A stretch of DNA of 64,000 nucleotides from Blasia pusilla (Eukaryota), in contig CM114271.1 of the NCBI GenBank assembly GCA_050084515.1, positions 45,818,001 through 45,882,000 of the forward strand, written 5' to 3'. A program made the translations under genes and the position numbers. Under the pieces are notes generated by a model that was given only the letters and a program-made list of their open reading frames with translations, was not told the origin of the DNA and ran no database searches. Below are positions 39,417 through 50,813 of the stretch, piece after piece; position 1 is the first letter of the stretch; each line of letters starts with the position of its first letter.

Positions 39417-40177
39417 TGTCGTGCACATACACATCGCTACATAACATACATCGTTGTCATCGAACACACACAAACACACACGATCCCATGCTGACTCATG
39501 GCATCCATACACAGAGGCGAGAAGCACCAAAATATCTCCAATCTGTAAAGTAAGATCCAATCTCTCTGTACACCATCTCACACCATAGCATTCAAAGATG
39601 TGCACTATCTCTCATGTCAAACCAAACTCATTCTCCTAATAAAAGGCTTGGGTTACACTCACAAGGCAAGGAACCATAGGTCCGCCGCCTCATGCCAAGA
39701 GGTTCAACAAAGAGAGAATGAGCTCCCAAGTTCTCTTTCCTTGAGGTATACCCCTCCCCTCTCCCAAGCTCTCTCCATGGTAACCTATTCTCCCAAGTCA
39801 CCTCTTTGGCTCTTGACCTGATGTAGGAGGTCAAGGGCCACTTACCAAAAATAAAAAGTCGATCATATATTGAGAATGGTACTTACCTAAAATAGTAAGT
39901 TTCTAAATATGGTCCAAATGAGCCGAAATGAAGGGGAAACCTGCTCTCTCAGGTTTCCTTGGGCCTCAACACGCCATCCTCGAATTCATAGGCCTGTCCT
40001 CCACTACTCGTGCAGACGCTTTGCTAAATCCCACCGATATATCCTAACAATCGTGGCAGCTGTCGTGCGCATACACATCCCTACACAACATACATCGCTG
40101 TCATCGAACACACACGATCCCATCCTAACTCATGGCATCCATACACAAAGGCGAGAAGTACCAAAATATCTCCAATC
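39417..40177 (-). repeat. 3' terminal block of Gypsy copy 2: B1 (40177-40061), GC spacer, A (40058-39544), B2 (39543-39417)
   Basis: 39417-39543 and 40061-40177 are direct repeats differing by a 10-bp indel and substitutions; the element ends GCACGACA. Confidence 0.92.
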
Positions 40178-43100
40178 GCCCCCTAGTTGGTGGTTAGGTC
40201 ACTCTAACTCCAGATAGCCATCTATCCCTACCTACCACGACATACATCTCTAGGACGCTAAGAGCAGAAAGGCCGGGTGCTCATGTGGCCCCATTGTTAG
40301 TCGCCTTCATGTCATCCATGTCACAGAAAAAGTCGGAATCGAAACCTACCTAGTTTCTCCTCTATGTACATGTGGGACACATCCATCGTCCCCGAGGAAC
40401 CCTAGTGAGAGGTGGCGTCAGACATGCCATATGCCAACCTCTCGAACATCCATCATAGACTAGCATCGTGGCCGCACCACGAGCATAACCACACAACATA
40501 CAACGCAAGCTTGCAGGAACTACTACTAAGCTTGGATCTATTGCACCATCAATGTTAGGAAGGTGACATGGCGCACAATTACGCACATAGTCCTTCCATA
40601 CCATACCATCGCGTCCCTCCAGCAAGAGAGCACCGGATGGCAAAACGTCACGCACTCTCAGGATAGTGCGCCTTGTAGTCACATCCAACGTCGTCGATGC
40701 CGTCTGCTGTAAGTAGACATAATCTCCTTGATGAAACCTCCGGATAGTTGGTCGATAATCACACCCCGAATAGTCGCATACCTCAACGTATCCCAATGCT
40801 GCGCAATCGCCAAGTTCTCGAACGCCATGGACATCACTCTCTGAAACAACTCAGCCCTTTGAGAACATGCTCGCATCCATACATCTGGGTCATCAAGGTC
40901 TAACACCTCACCAGCATCTCGACGAATGGCCGTAGGTAAATCTGGCTCTCGGCCATAAAGTAGCAAGTACGGTGAAAAAGATGCTAAGGATGTCTGTCTG
41001 CTGAATATGTATCCCATTTGCCAACCATGGCAACTGGAGGTCCCAATCTCCTAGGTGACCTCTCTGCAAGGTCTTCACCATCTGCACAACTCTCTCCACT
41101 AATCCATCCGCCTCGGGATGATCTCGCGAAGTCGTGCGGTGGTTGATCAACGGCTGATCACACAAGGCCTGGAACTCACCGCGAAACTCGGTACCCTGGT
41201 CTGTCAACACCTCAGCCGGTGCGCCATAATGTCTCAACACTCTATCAAGGAAGGCATAAGCCACTCCCTCACTTGCTTTGTCAGGCAATGTAACCAACTC
41301 GATCCACTTCGAGAAGTGCTCGACCATCACCAACACATAACGACTGTGATGTTCTGTCAAAGGAAAAGGTCCTGCAAAATCCAAACTCCATCTATATCCT
41401 AAGCCCATGATCGGTAATTGATGCAACTGTGGAGTCGGAGCATTGAACGATACTTGGACCCGATCACACACCATGCACTTGGCAACAAACTGGTGAACGT
41501 CAGTCTGCATGCCTCGCCACCAATACTTAATCTGGAGCAAGCTGTACGTCTGCTTCACCCCAAAGTGACCCAACTCCTGGTGGGCATGCTGCACTAGTTG
41601 TGCTCTCTGCAAAGGATGCAGCACTACGCATACTCTACCATCCTCCCAAACCCTCAAAACATGTGTCCCCTCCAAACGGAACTGTCTGGCCCGTTGTAGG
41701 ATCCAATCCCGCTCTCTAGCACCCACGGTGCTTGCAACGCTACCAATACAAAGGTACTCCAAGACTACTCCATCATCATGAATATCTCAGCCACCTGTGG
41801 TCTCCTCACTGGCCTCGGGATCCAAGGACTCTCCACTAGACCTCGCCATCGAAGTCTCCACACTTTGGCTCTCCATAGCCAACATGCCTAAATAGGCTGA
41901 CGCGTGCCATCCTGGCACCAACTCCTCATCACTCTCTCCATGCCATCGAGCTCTAGTCACATCTTGCTGACTCGGGCATGGGTTACGACTCAACCCATCT
42001 GCATCTTGGTTGAGCGTCCGAGGTCTATGTACCACCTGAAAATCATACTCCCGCAACAACAGAGCCCATCTCGCAAGCTTCCATGTAAGCTTGTCGGACT
42101 CCATCAACCACTTGAGTGGTTGATAATCAGTGATGATGGTAAAGGGGTTTCTGAATAAGTAACACATGAAATGCGCGACAACTTACACCGCAGCCAAGCA
42201 CTCACCCTCATACAAGTTGTACTTCGCCTCTGCAGCGTTGTTCGAGTGGCTAGCGTAAGCCACCACGAACTCTCTACCCTCATCATCATGCTGGGTGAGC
42301 ACCGCTCCAAGCCCTAACATGCTCCAATCTATGTGCAATTGGAAAGGACGCCCCCTGATCGGTCTCCTCAAGATGGGTGCAGACGTCAACCTGTCCTTGA
42401 GCAATTGAAATGCTCGCTCTTGCTCATCCCCTCAGTGCCACTCGTGATCCACTTTGGTCAGCAAGGTCAGCGGCTTCTCAATCGAACTAAATCCCTTGAT
42501 GTACCACCGATAGAAGTTCGCCAATCCCATGAATGCGCGAACACGGCTCACATCTGTAGGGCGTGGAATGCGTGAGATAGCCTCTACCTTCGTTTGATGA
42601 ATACCAAGGCCCCCTGGGTATATCGTATAACCCAAGTACTCAATCTGGTCGTAGAAGAACTTGCACTTGCCTGGATGTAGCTTCAGCCCATGTAATTGCA
42701 ATCGTCAAAACACCTCCTCTAGATGTCGCTCATGCTCCTCAACCGTGGCGCTAAAGACTACGATGTCATCAATATAACACCTAACAAAATCCAGACTAGC
42801 CAAGATCCTATCCATGACCCTCTGAAACTCAGCCGAGGCCTTCTTTAACCCAAATGGTAAGAACCGCCACTAGTACAAACAATCCTTCCCGTGAGGATCG
42901 ATGCCCCAAAATGTTGTCTTTTGCTTGTCCTCCAATCTGATTGGCAGCTGATGGTATCTGGCTCGCAAATCCAATGAATTGAAGATCTTTGCCTGACCAA
43001 TCGCATCAAAGATCTCCTCACGGGTGAGCATGGCATACCTATCGGACTTTGTCTACCGATTGATAGGTCGATAATCTCCACACATCCGCCTATCCGTCCA

Positions 43101-43724
43101 GTTGCCATGCACATCCTTCTTAGCGGCCATAATAGTGGCAGATGCATACTCCCCATACGACATCTCCACTAGTCCTGCTCCAACCAAGTCCTGGCTCCTA
43201 CTCTGAATCAAAGCCCTCTCCATATCACTGTACCTGTAGGGTCGTCCGAAGATCGGTGTATCACTCGACAACTCAATGCGGATCCCCGGTCCCTTTAGCG
43301 TACCCAAATCCTCCATGGTAAACGCAAAGCAGCTCCTATAACTCTTGAGGAACTGATGTATTTGGCGCCGCTCTCCTCCTGTCAACTTAGGGCCCATATT
43401 TGGCTCCCAAGTCTCCATCGTGACTACGGTAGGACTCTCCACCGCGGGTATCGGTGGTTGCTATGGTGCAACCCCGTCTCGAACAACAACAATCGGCCTC
43501 TCTCCGGCAGCCAATTGTAAACTCTGATCTCCTCCACGTGGAGTGCCCGTAACCACGCTCGATGCTGTGGCTATCATCTCTTGGCGTACCTGCAAAACAT
43601 CCCAAGAAGTCCAAGGGTGTCTCTCTCGATCTCCCCTAGTGTGTAGATCTCTTCAGGTCTCGTCCCCAACCACTACTTCCACCATCTCGGTAGGCATGGA
43701 GCCCACCAATGCAATCCCTATGAT

Positions 43725-44710
43725 CTATCGCGATCTCATACGACGCTGCTCAACCATTCCCAAGCTGAGGATCCATGTCAAGTAGTTCAGGTCCATTGCT
43801 TGACCCAAGACATGGCGTCGTGATGCCTCTGACAGTGACGATACTGCCGTCACTCCTGGGGGAAATCCCATCGCTCGCTCTCTCTCGTCGGCGTTGGGCT
43901 CCACCAACCGCTAAACCTGGTCATCCCAAACCAAGCCAAGATCGGCCTCCTTGTATGCATAGGAAGCGGGAAAACTCACAAACGTGGGCAAGGCTACCTG
44001 CGGCTTGCCTACCCTGTTGACCACAGTCAACGGTGGTTGATCATCGTGCCTCACTGCCTATGAGCAATGATCAGGATCCAAAATAGAATCCACTAACAAA
44101 TGGGAGGGGCGCTCCACTCTCGCATACGCCCTCCGTAACACCGCATCGGGCACCAAGTTGGTCCACCATAGACGCGGGCGATGGGTTGTAGAACCTACAC
44201 TCGCCGCGTCCAAGAACACTGCTGGGCCAATCCAGGCACGCACCTGATGAGCACTCGTCACCATCCGTGACCTGGAGTCTCCTAAGATCGTCACATTCTC
44301 CAGAATGTAGGTTGGAGAATGAGACTGGTACTCCTGCAACTACCGTAAGACCCTCAACATCTCCCAAAATAACATGGATCGAGTGTCAACCAACCCACTG
44401 CTTTGTCCAGCACTCGATTGGCCTTGACATGGCCAATCGGAAATGACCAAATAAATGGTGCCTAACCGGTCTAAGTCCTGTGTCCCCAGCAATGAAATAT
44501 CCCTCGGTAGGGAACTATGGTACCCTTGTACCGCGGACGCAGACAATAAGTCAGGAAAACATAGGCATAACTGCGCCACATGTCATAGTGAGACGCGTCT
44601 CGCAACATCATCTCTCTCCACATACACGTGCTGCTGCACTCGCACTCATGCCTACAAAACAGCAGCTAACCCGGTGCTAATCCCTCCAAAGAGATCTAAC
44701 ACTCCAATAT
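43725..44710 (-). pseudogene. DNMT3-like C5 cytosine methyltransferase domain in Gypsy copy 2
   Basis: IGVLDLFGGISTGLAAV, YVERD, DWPCQGQS (44424-44432), YILENV (44292-44300), HRPRLWWTNL, ERERAMGFPPG, RRHVLGQAMD; one frame interrupted by stops. Confidence 0.92.
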
Positions 44711-45310
44711 CCTCCTTCGGGATACACCACACAATGGGTGTGGTATCCAAGGGTATCATCGTAACACTCCCTGCTACCTCGGGTTCCTCAGACATGTCAC
44801 GCTCCGGTGCAAACGCCTCGCTCCACACGATCTGCACGTGCTCATCTGCCAATCGTCGAAGCTCCTCAGTCGAGCCCCACAACGGAACCTCTCCTCCACG
44901 GAATGATGCGGCTACCTTAACACTCCTCTCTATAGAAATGTCAGGAACTGGAGTATCCTCTGCATGGACATGTCCCTCAATCAAATCACTGGGCCAAGTG
45001 ATGGCACTGCTAAGGTCGCCATCTCTCCTGGCCGTTGCTCGATCACTGCACCTCTGAATCAAACGGGTAATGAGCTAAGACGCCCATCATCTGACTGCCA
45101 TCCTGGTCTGTAGGACGCTGACTCCTCCCAATAATCCAATGAAAATCCCATCGAATATAACACTGCTCTACTAACCAAGACGTCGTAGGAGTCTGCATCA
45201 GTCACTATCGCCTTGGCTCGCACCACGGACTCATCTGTAGGATGTCCCAAGCGAATCTTCACCACGACCTCCTGTCGGGTGATATATTGTGTGGTACTCG
45301 CTCCACCCAA

Positions 45311-45516
45311 GCCTTCTCAATTATATAGGATATGTACAAGTAACCCTAACACTAATCCTAATCCTAACCATAGTCCCGAGCTATATTAAGTATAGTCAAC
45401 TAATCCTAGTTAAGATAATCATGCTTAACTAACTAACTAACCAAGATCAAGCTTTCCTACTTTGTATGTAGCAGTTTGTATATCCGATGAGTTCGATTAT
45501 AACTCAATCTTCAATA
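45311..45516 (-). repeat. Truncated LTR of the same Copia family as 49-4543
   Basis: Reverse complement reads TATTGAAGATTGAGTTATA...GTTAGTTAGTTAAGCA...CTTGTACATATCCTATATAATTGAGAAGGC, matching the first ~200 bp of the Copia LTRs. Confidence 0.9.
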
Positions 45517-46029
45517 TTAGGGACTGACACATCCATATAGGCTCGACTATCTCCATCTTGCATCCGGGCTAGCCTTGCCCGCATTCCCAAACCCAATCTT
45601 GATTGTGCACTGCACCCCTCCCTCCTCTGGGTTGCATCCCTCATGCAACCTCGACACGCATCCATCCCCTGTAGGAGGGGCGTAGGCAAGATGTGCGCGG
45701 GATGCCTTGGTAGGGTGTGGGCAGACAACCGCCGACATGGGAGTTAGGTTTTCTTATTATTATTTTTTCATTTTTTAGAATAAGAAATATTTTCTTAAAA
45801 AATAAATTACAAAATTCCCATGTATTGCGTGTACCGATAGGATGTAGGCAGGGTTCGAGTTACATGGGTCCGCACCCCACTTGTATCCCTCTTGCATCTG
45901 GCGTGCATAGGAAAGGTGCAAGCCAAATGCTAAAGGGATCTAGGCAGGGGTTGCAATAGAGAAGTGGGCTACATGAGGCATGGTGCAAGAACATGTGCAG
46001 AATGACATTTTCGAACTAGTTCAGAAAAG

Positions 46030-47462
46030 TCCGTCCCATGGATTGACAAGTCCATTTTTGTGCAACCTTGGGTAAATCCCAATTGCAATGTACAAAAATA
46101 TTGTTAAAGAAAAGATGAGCTACTTCCAACACCGTAACAATATTTTAGTTAGAAGGAAAACTCCCATCTTAGAAAATCAATCTACCACTACCATGTTTGA
46201 GTTAAATCCTTTCAATTCAAGTAATCCTATGGTAAAATCCATAGCAATACTTTCCCATCGTCCACATGGAATTGGCAAAGGTTGAAGAAGGCTCGATGCT
46301 TGCCATAATTTGTTTGGTTCTTTTAGCAAACCAAACACACTTTATGGTATCCTTGTCTTGAGATGGCTTGTAGGAATATTTCTAAAGAATATCTAAGGTT
46401 GATACTTGACTTGGATGTCCCACATGAGGTGCATCATGATGAACCTTAAGAACCTTTATCTTTTAACTCTCAAAAAATATATATCCTTTTTTCTTGAGTT
46501 TAGTGTTCCATTTTACAATACCATCCACAAGTACAATGCGTCTCACGCTTGCCCCCTTCTTCAGAGCTCCTAACCATCCTTGGGCCATTTCATCGAGTTG
46601 GCAAGCCACCTTCTCCAAGTTTCTCGAATTGATTTCCAACACCCAAGTTCCTCTCAAATATTTCTCTTGCCTACTCAAGGCATCAACTATCATATTTTCC
46701 TTGCTTGCTTTATAAAAAAATTCCATATCGAATCTTGCTAGGTATTCTTGCCAATAGACTCATTTTGATAATAGCTTCTCCTAACTCGAAAAATACTTGA
46801 AAATGATATTGTCGGTGTAAACCTTGAAGTGTGGACTATGAAACAAGTATACTTGCCACTTCTTGAGGCAATGAATTACCACATACATCTCCCTTTCATG
46901 ATCATGAGTTATCTAGTTGTTCTCTAACTTGGTTGACTCGTAAGAAATTGGTCAACCTGCTTGTTTCAACACTCATCTAATCACAAAGATAGATGCATGG
47001 TTCCAAACTTCAAATGGGATCCCGATTTCTGACAACTTGAGTACATGAGGGTCGCTTATTAGAAACTCTAATTTCTGAAATACCTCTTCACACTCCTAAG
47101 ACCATTAGAAAAATGTTGCTTTCAGTGTTAAGTCATAGTGTAGTTTAGCAATCTTGGAAAAATACTAGATGTATCTTCTATAGAAAGTGACAAATCCAAC
47201 AAATGACCATCTTTCGGTCAAATTCCTTGGCGTTGGCCATAACTTAATAGCCTCAAGCTTATCATGGCTAGGTCGTATGCCCAAAATTTTCAATGTGTGT
47301 CCCTAGAATTCCATGAGGAATTCCATTTCTTGGACCATGAAGCAATGCTTAGAAAATTTCATGAAAAGTTTGTTCTTCCTCAAACGCACCAAGACTTCTT
47401 TGGGGAGAACCTTGTGTTTCTCTTGGATCTTCAAATATATAAGTATGTCATCAAAGAACATC
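46030..47462 (-). mobile_element. Decayed fragment of an unrelated, conventional Gypsy pol (RT end, RNase H, integrase start)
   Basis: VFFDDILIY (~47430-47460), YKASKENMIVDALSR, HDAPHVGHP, RWESIAMDF; many stops. Confidence 0.8.
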
Positions 47463-49024
47463 ACTCACGGGCGCTTGAACCCTCGTCACTTTCCTCTTGG
47501 CCTCCCCACTAACCTTTCTCTTCACAAGCGGTGACTCCTTGGGTTCATCCCTTTGGGTATTTAAGCACTTGAGATCAAGTTCCTCCAACGAGTTGCTACG
47601 AGACTTGGGTTGAAGTTTTTGCCAATTGGTGTTTCGTCCCCCAAACCACCATCCTAATTGGGTAAGTCATTGAAGTCTCAAGGGAGGTCGGGCCTAATTA
47701 GCTCATTCATATTACCCCGCAAACCTTCCCCAAGCCGAGGGGGTTCGAGATCCATGACCTTCTTCTTACTCTTACGAGGCTTGTCCTCATCCTTGGCCAT
47801 GCTAATTATTGCCACTGAAATCTCCCACTAACCATGGCCTATTCAATGGTGTATTTTTATACCAAATCATAGAGTCTGACTACTAGTTCTCCAAGATTTC
47901 CCTCAAAGCACTCATAACCTTGAGATTTATAAGTGAAAGACTTAGTTTGAGTCCCAAAGACTCAACAAGTTTGCTCGTTTGGTAGGTAGTGAGAAACTGC
48001 CAAGTGCAAATCATATTGATTCTCCCCTATGCGTACGGTCTCCATTATAAGTCTCTTCCCCAAGCCTCGACCAATCTCCCTAAGTCGCTTGTCTATACCA
48101 AATTAAAGCGTGTTGGCTAATTCCTTAAGGTGTGTCCAAGTAACTCAAACTGAAGACACAACTAAACATGCATCAAGGTTAGTTCCTAGTTCAAGGACTT
48201 GAGCGGGTAGGGAGGGAGAGTGTCCTCCCCTATAGGTACTTCTAGGGTTCTTCAGGGGAACCCCATCTTCCATATTGCTCCCCTTGGACCCTTAATTTTG
48301 GCCCTGAACCCAAACGTAGTTTGCGACCCACAGACCTACGTTAACGTTCCACTAGTTATTCATCAAGATTGCTTGGCGAAGGCTTCTTACGGATTATAAA
48401 ACTCTCAACTTCTCAAATGCATCTTTGAGCTTGGATCCGCATTTATGTGTCTCATGGCTAGCGTCTATCTTAACTCCCGATTTGATGTCTATGGTTGTCT
48501 TGCTGCCCTTTGTGTTTTGTAACTAGTCTTGAGGCGTCTTTCCCATCTTGACTAGTTACGTGTTTCTTGCTTCTCGCCCTTGACTCAAAGGTCTCAAACG
48601 TTAGGTGCTTGTCTTTTTTCCTTGCCAATAGATATGCTCCATATATTCTTGCCTACGGCTAGTCAGAAGACACATGCATGTCTCGCCTAGCATTTGTCTC
48701 GCGGTTGATCCCACGGCCCTTCCCAATCTCGTAACTAGCTAGTCTAGGTTCCGACTTTAGTGGTTCATGCTAAGGTCTTTCCTCCCTAGACCCAAGATTA
48801 TAATTCACTTCCCATGTTTTGCGTAAATCCCTATTGTGAATATAGTTTGCTTTTCATTTCGAGAAGTGGCCCTTGATCCACTATTGTAGATAAAGAGCCA
48901 AACAGATGGATTGCAAACACATGTTACTAAGAAGACAACTTTAAGAGATGAAAAGGATATACCCTCAGAGATTTGTGGTCCTCCTTGTCCAAGCCTCTCA
49001 CTAGGAGAGTGGGTTTGGTTTGAC

Positions 49025-49026
<2 letters not shown>

Positions 49027-49064
<38 letters not shown>
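49027..49064. repeat. (GA)19 microsatellite
   Basis: Perfect dinucleotide run. Confidence 0.95.
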
Positions 49065-49069
<5 letters not shown>

Positions 49070-49720
49070 GTTCCATATACCATTAGAAATATTTTGGTAC
49101 ATGATTGTCTATATGTATAGATGGCATGAGTGGGTATTTTTATTTTATTTTTATGTATGTGTGGATGGTGACATCGATATATATTGTGTAGCGATGTTTA
49201 TGTCCACTATAGGTATTCTAACATGGATAGAAGTGCGGTACTACTTTTGGGTGTGGAGAGAGATGAGAAAATATGGTCATGTTAATCTTGATGTGTTGGT
49301 TTGGCATCATTGGCTCATCTTACCAATTTTAGGAGCGTGGTTTTTTATGAGCTTGTATGGAATATATTCCATGATTGAGTAGAGGTGGAACATGCAAGTG
49401 GAAGTGTAGTCAAGATGTTAGTTGCAAATGGTTGTTTGTGAGGAACAATGGTCTAAGGCATTCTTGATGTCAATCTTGGGTGTGCTTCCTTTGGGTGATG
49501 GCTATCCTAGATGTATAGTATGCTACATGATCAATTGTCATCACAAGTGGGCAACTAACAATTGAGCAAGTCACCATCCAATCTCTTGATCTTCTCACCA
49601 AAAATATGCATATAATTTTAAATGGGTCGGCTGACTACCTAGAGTTGGAAAGACCTAACCATTAGCTCGAGGAGGGGGATTGTGTGTCCCTTTAACATCT
49701 GCATGATGATGTGTACTTAT

Positions 49721-50415
49721 ATCCCATAATTGACATTTTTGACACTTTCCTACTTGCATGAAACAAAATGTTATAGCATAAATTGCTTATCAACACTTGT
49801 ATCCTAAACCCCAAACGCGACGTCTCCTCACTATTTGTTTGTAAAATCAAGACAACGTATTTCTGCGTGAATTTACAAGGTGATGTCCATGTGACTAGCT
49901 CTGAATTAAATGTTCGAGAATCAAACTAGACATCCGGTATGCTGCCTCCAAAAGGGCCATATATTGGTTTCATCCATAGGAAACAATCCCATAATTGACA
50001 TTTTTTGGCACTTCTAAATCCCAAACGTGACGTCTGCTTGCTATTTGTTTGTAAAATCAAGACAACGTATTTGTGTGTGAATTTGCAAGGTGATGTCCAT
50101 GTGACTAGCTCCGAATTAAATGCTCGGAATCATAATAGACGTCCGGGATGGTATGTCCAAAAGGGCCATACATTGGTTTCATCCCTAGGAAACAATCCCA
50201 TAATTGACATTTTTTGACACTTGCCTACTTGCATGAAACAAAATGTTATAGCATAAATTGCTTGTCGGATTACTATCCTAAACCACAAACGCCACTTCTC
50301 GTCACTATTTGTCTCTAAAATCAAGACAATGTATTTCTACGTTTGAAGGTGTGAATTTGCAAGGTAAACTCCATGTGACTAACTCCGGATTAAATGCTTT
50401 GGAATCAAACTAGAC
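49721..50415. repeat. Diverged tandem repeat, about 3 units starting at 49721, 49986 and 50195
   Basis: Each unit begins ATCCCATAATTGACATTTTT and contains AAAATCAAGACAA and CCATGTGACTA. Units are 265 bp, 209 bp and a partial third. Confidence 0.9.
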
Positions 50416-50813
50416 TTCCACTACCCCCACATCCCTCCACTAGAAACAACCAAAAACCGTAAAACTAACTACGGAGCTTAATTTGAGACGCCCTAATGAC
50501 ACGCCCTATGGGAGGGCAACGGGGCGGGACCCGTACAGGGAGGGCAGAGTTGGGATGGGGAAGAGTCGTGCTCAGTTCCGTCCGTCTGTCCGTCCGTCCG
50601 TCCGTCAACGCAGGAGCCCTTGTTCCGGAGGAGGAGGAGAGGAGAGGAGCGGAAGCAGGAGCAGCAGGAGCAGTGAAACATCTGTTCTGATCGAGCCGGG
50701 ACCCGGAGGAGAGGAGCTGATCGGTGCGATTGCAAGGGAGTCGGGAAGGCGGTGCACAGGGAGGGCCTTAGGGGGAGCTTTTTAGGAAGGAGATTGGATC
50801 AGTGTGCGCAAAG

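Larger units (their letters stand above)
39417..45310 (-). mobile_element. Ty3/Gypsy retrotransposon, copy 2 (same family, diverged), 5'-truncated: PR remnant-DNMT-RT-RH-INT-PHD with B-A-B 3' end
   Basis: RT RRMCGDYRPIN, RNase H FVVAYASH/YEGECLA, integrase HQELGHFG...CMVC, WSLDFAGP, LTDQGTEF, DGLVER, PHD CMLC...WHMACLTPPL...WMCPTC; PPT at ~40178-40186. Confidence 0.93.

Noticed and set aside
43725-44710. Host DRM/DNMT3 gene or bacterial restriction-modification contamination
   Set aside because: Intronless, in frame with pol, at the same position in two copies, and embedded among spliced plant genes.
49721-50415. Possible CRISPR-like array
   Set aside because: Whole units are repeated with no unique spacers; eukaryotic context and no cas genes.
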